The notes beneath the pieces were generated by a model. That model was not told where the DNA came from. It saw nothing but the letters and a program-made list of their open reading frames with translations, and searched no databases. Shown piece after piece: positions 63,851-64,000 of a stretch of 64,000 bases of DNA. The DNA lies in NCBI GenBank assembly GCA_023898465.1, contig CP060223.1:256001-320000 (forward strand), written 5' to 3'. Numbering within the stretch: position 1 is the first letter of the stretch; each line of letters starts with the position of its first letter. The DNA comes from Candidatus Nomurabacteria bacterium. GTDB lineage: Bacteria; Patescibacteriota; Patescibacteriia; HK-STAS-PATE-3. A program made the translations under genes and the position numbers.

Positions 63851-64000
63851 TATTGACGAAACCATTTTAAGTGATAAAATACTTGCGTAATAAGCCGTCG
63901 CATATAAAGCGCGACGGCGCACAAAAAAGAAATATTCGCTCTCTTACAAAGTTCTCAAAACATTTATTACAAAATCCGCGCCGTCGCAATGTGAGCGCCG

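Noticed and set aside
1-64000. Alternative genetic code (UGA as Gly or Trp), as in some CPR-related lineages.
   Set aside because: Many well-conserved genes end at TGA at the expected length (for example adk, asnS, the kinase, and the ATGA-coupled junctions). No conserved gene is interrupted by in-frame TGA.

Overview
The window reads as part of a small, streamlined bacterial genome of Candidate Phyla Radiation (Patescibacteria) type. It uses the standard code: TGA acts as a stop, and many gene junctions are ATGA or TAATG overlaps. The S5 gene overlaps the L15 gene with no L30 gene between them, and AspRS, AlaRS and HrcA are all shortened.

The housekeeping backbone runs as follows:
- rplR-rpsE-rplO-secY-adk-map, then ruvX, a GT4 phosphosugar transferase, DUF192 and rplU
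- recR-ybaB-dnaB on the minus strand, then a DnaQ-like exonuclease
- NUDIX, a P-type ATPase, asnS and aspS, a YbaK-like deacylase, scpA/scpB, tpiA and gap
- a CIRCE-controlled hrcA-grpE-hsp20-dnaK...dnaJ block
- dus, an ABC-2 exporter, tkt-glk(ROK)-rpiB-rpe, and alaS

Two tRNAs are present: Lys-UUU at 9524 and Glu-CUC at 37382. I saw no rRNA, CRISPR array, transposase or integrase.

The backbone is interrupted by compositionally foreign blocks:
1. **Mosaic next to tRNA-Lys (about 9.6-26.2 kb).** GC-rich segments carry two lipoprotein peptidoglycan hydrolases (CHAP and M23) behind a duplicated promoter, leader and signal-peptide module.
2. **AT-rich operon in the same mosaic (16.9-26.2 kb).** It has six tandem stand-alone 7TM sensor-like modules, then a GNAT/LuxI-like acyl synthase, a methyltransferase and a ThiF/E1-like enzyme, then a 7TM-GAF histidine kinase and a receiver. 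This is the best candidate for an undescribed system.
3. **AT-rich three-gene island (39.7-45.4 kb).** It encodes an SNF2 helicase with a 13 x 15-residue degenerate zinc-knuckle repeat, a DUF2779-like PD-(D/E)XK plus DEDD dual nuclease, and a double zinc-ribbon protein. It looks like a defence island.
4. **GC-rich micro-insertions and two hairpin-dense noncoding stretches.** The noncoding stretches are at 37.5 kb, beside a duplicated tRNA-Glu 3' end, and at 57.4 kb.

All calls rest on reading the translations and sequence by eye. No database search was possible.
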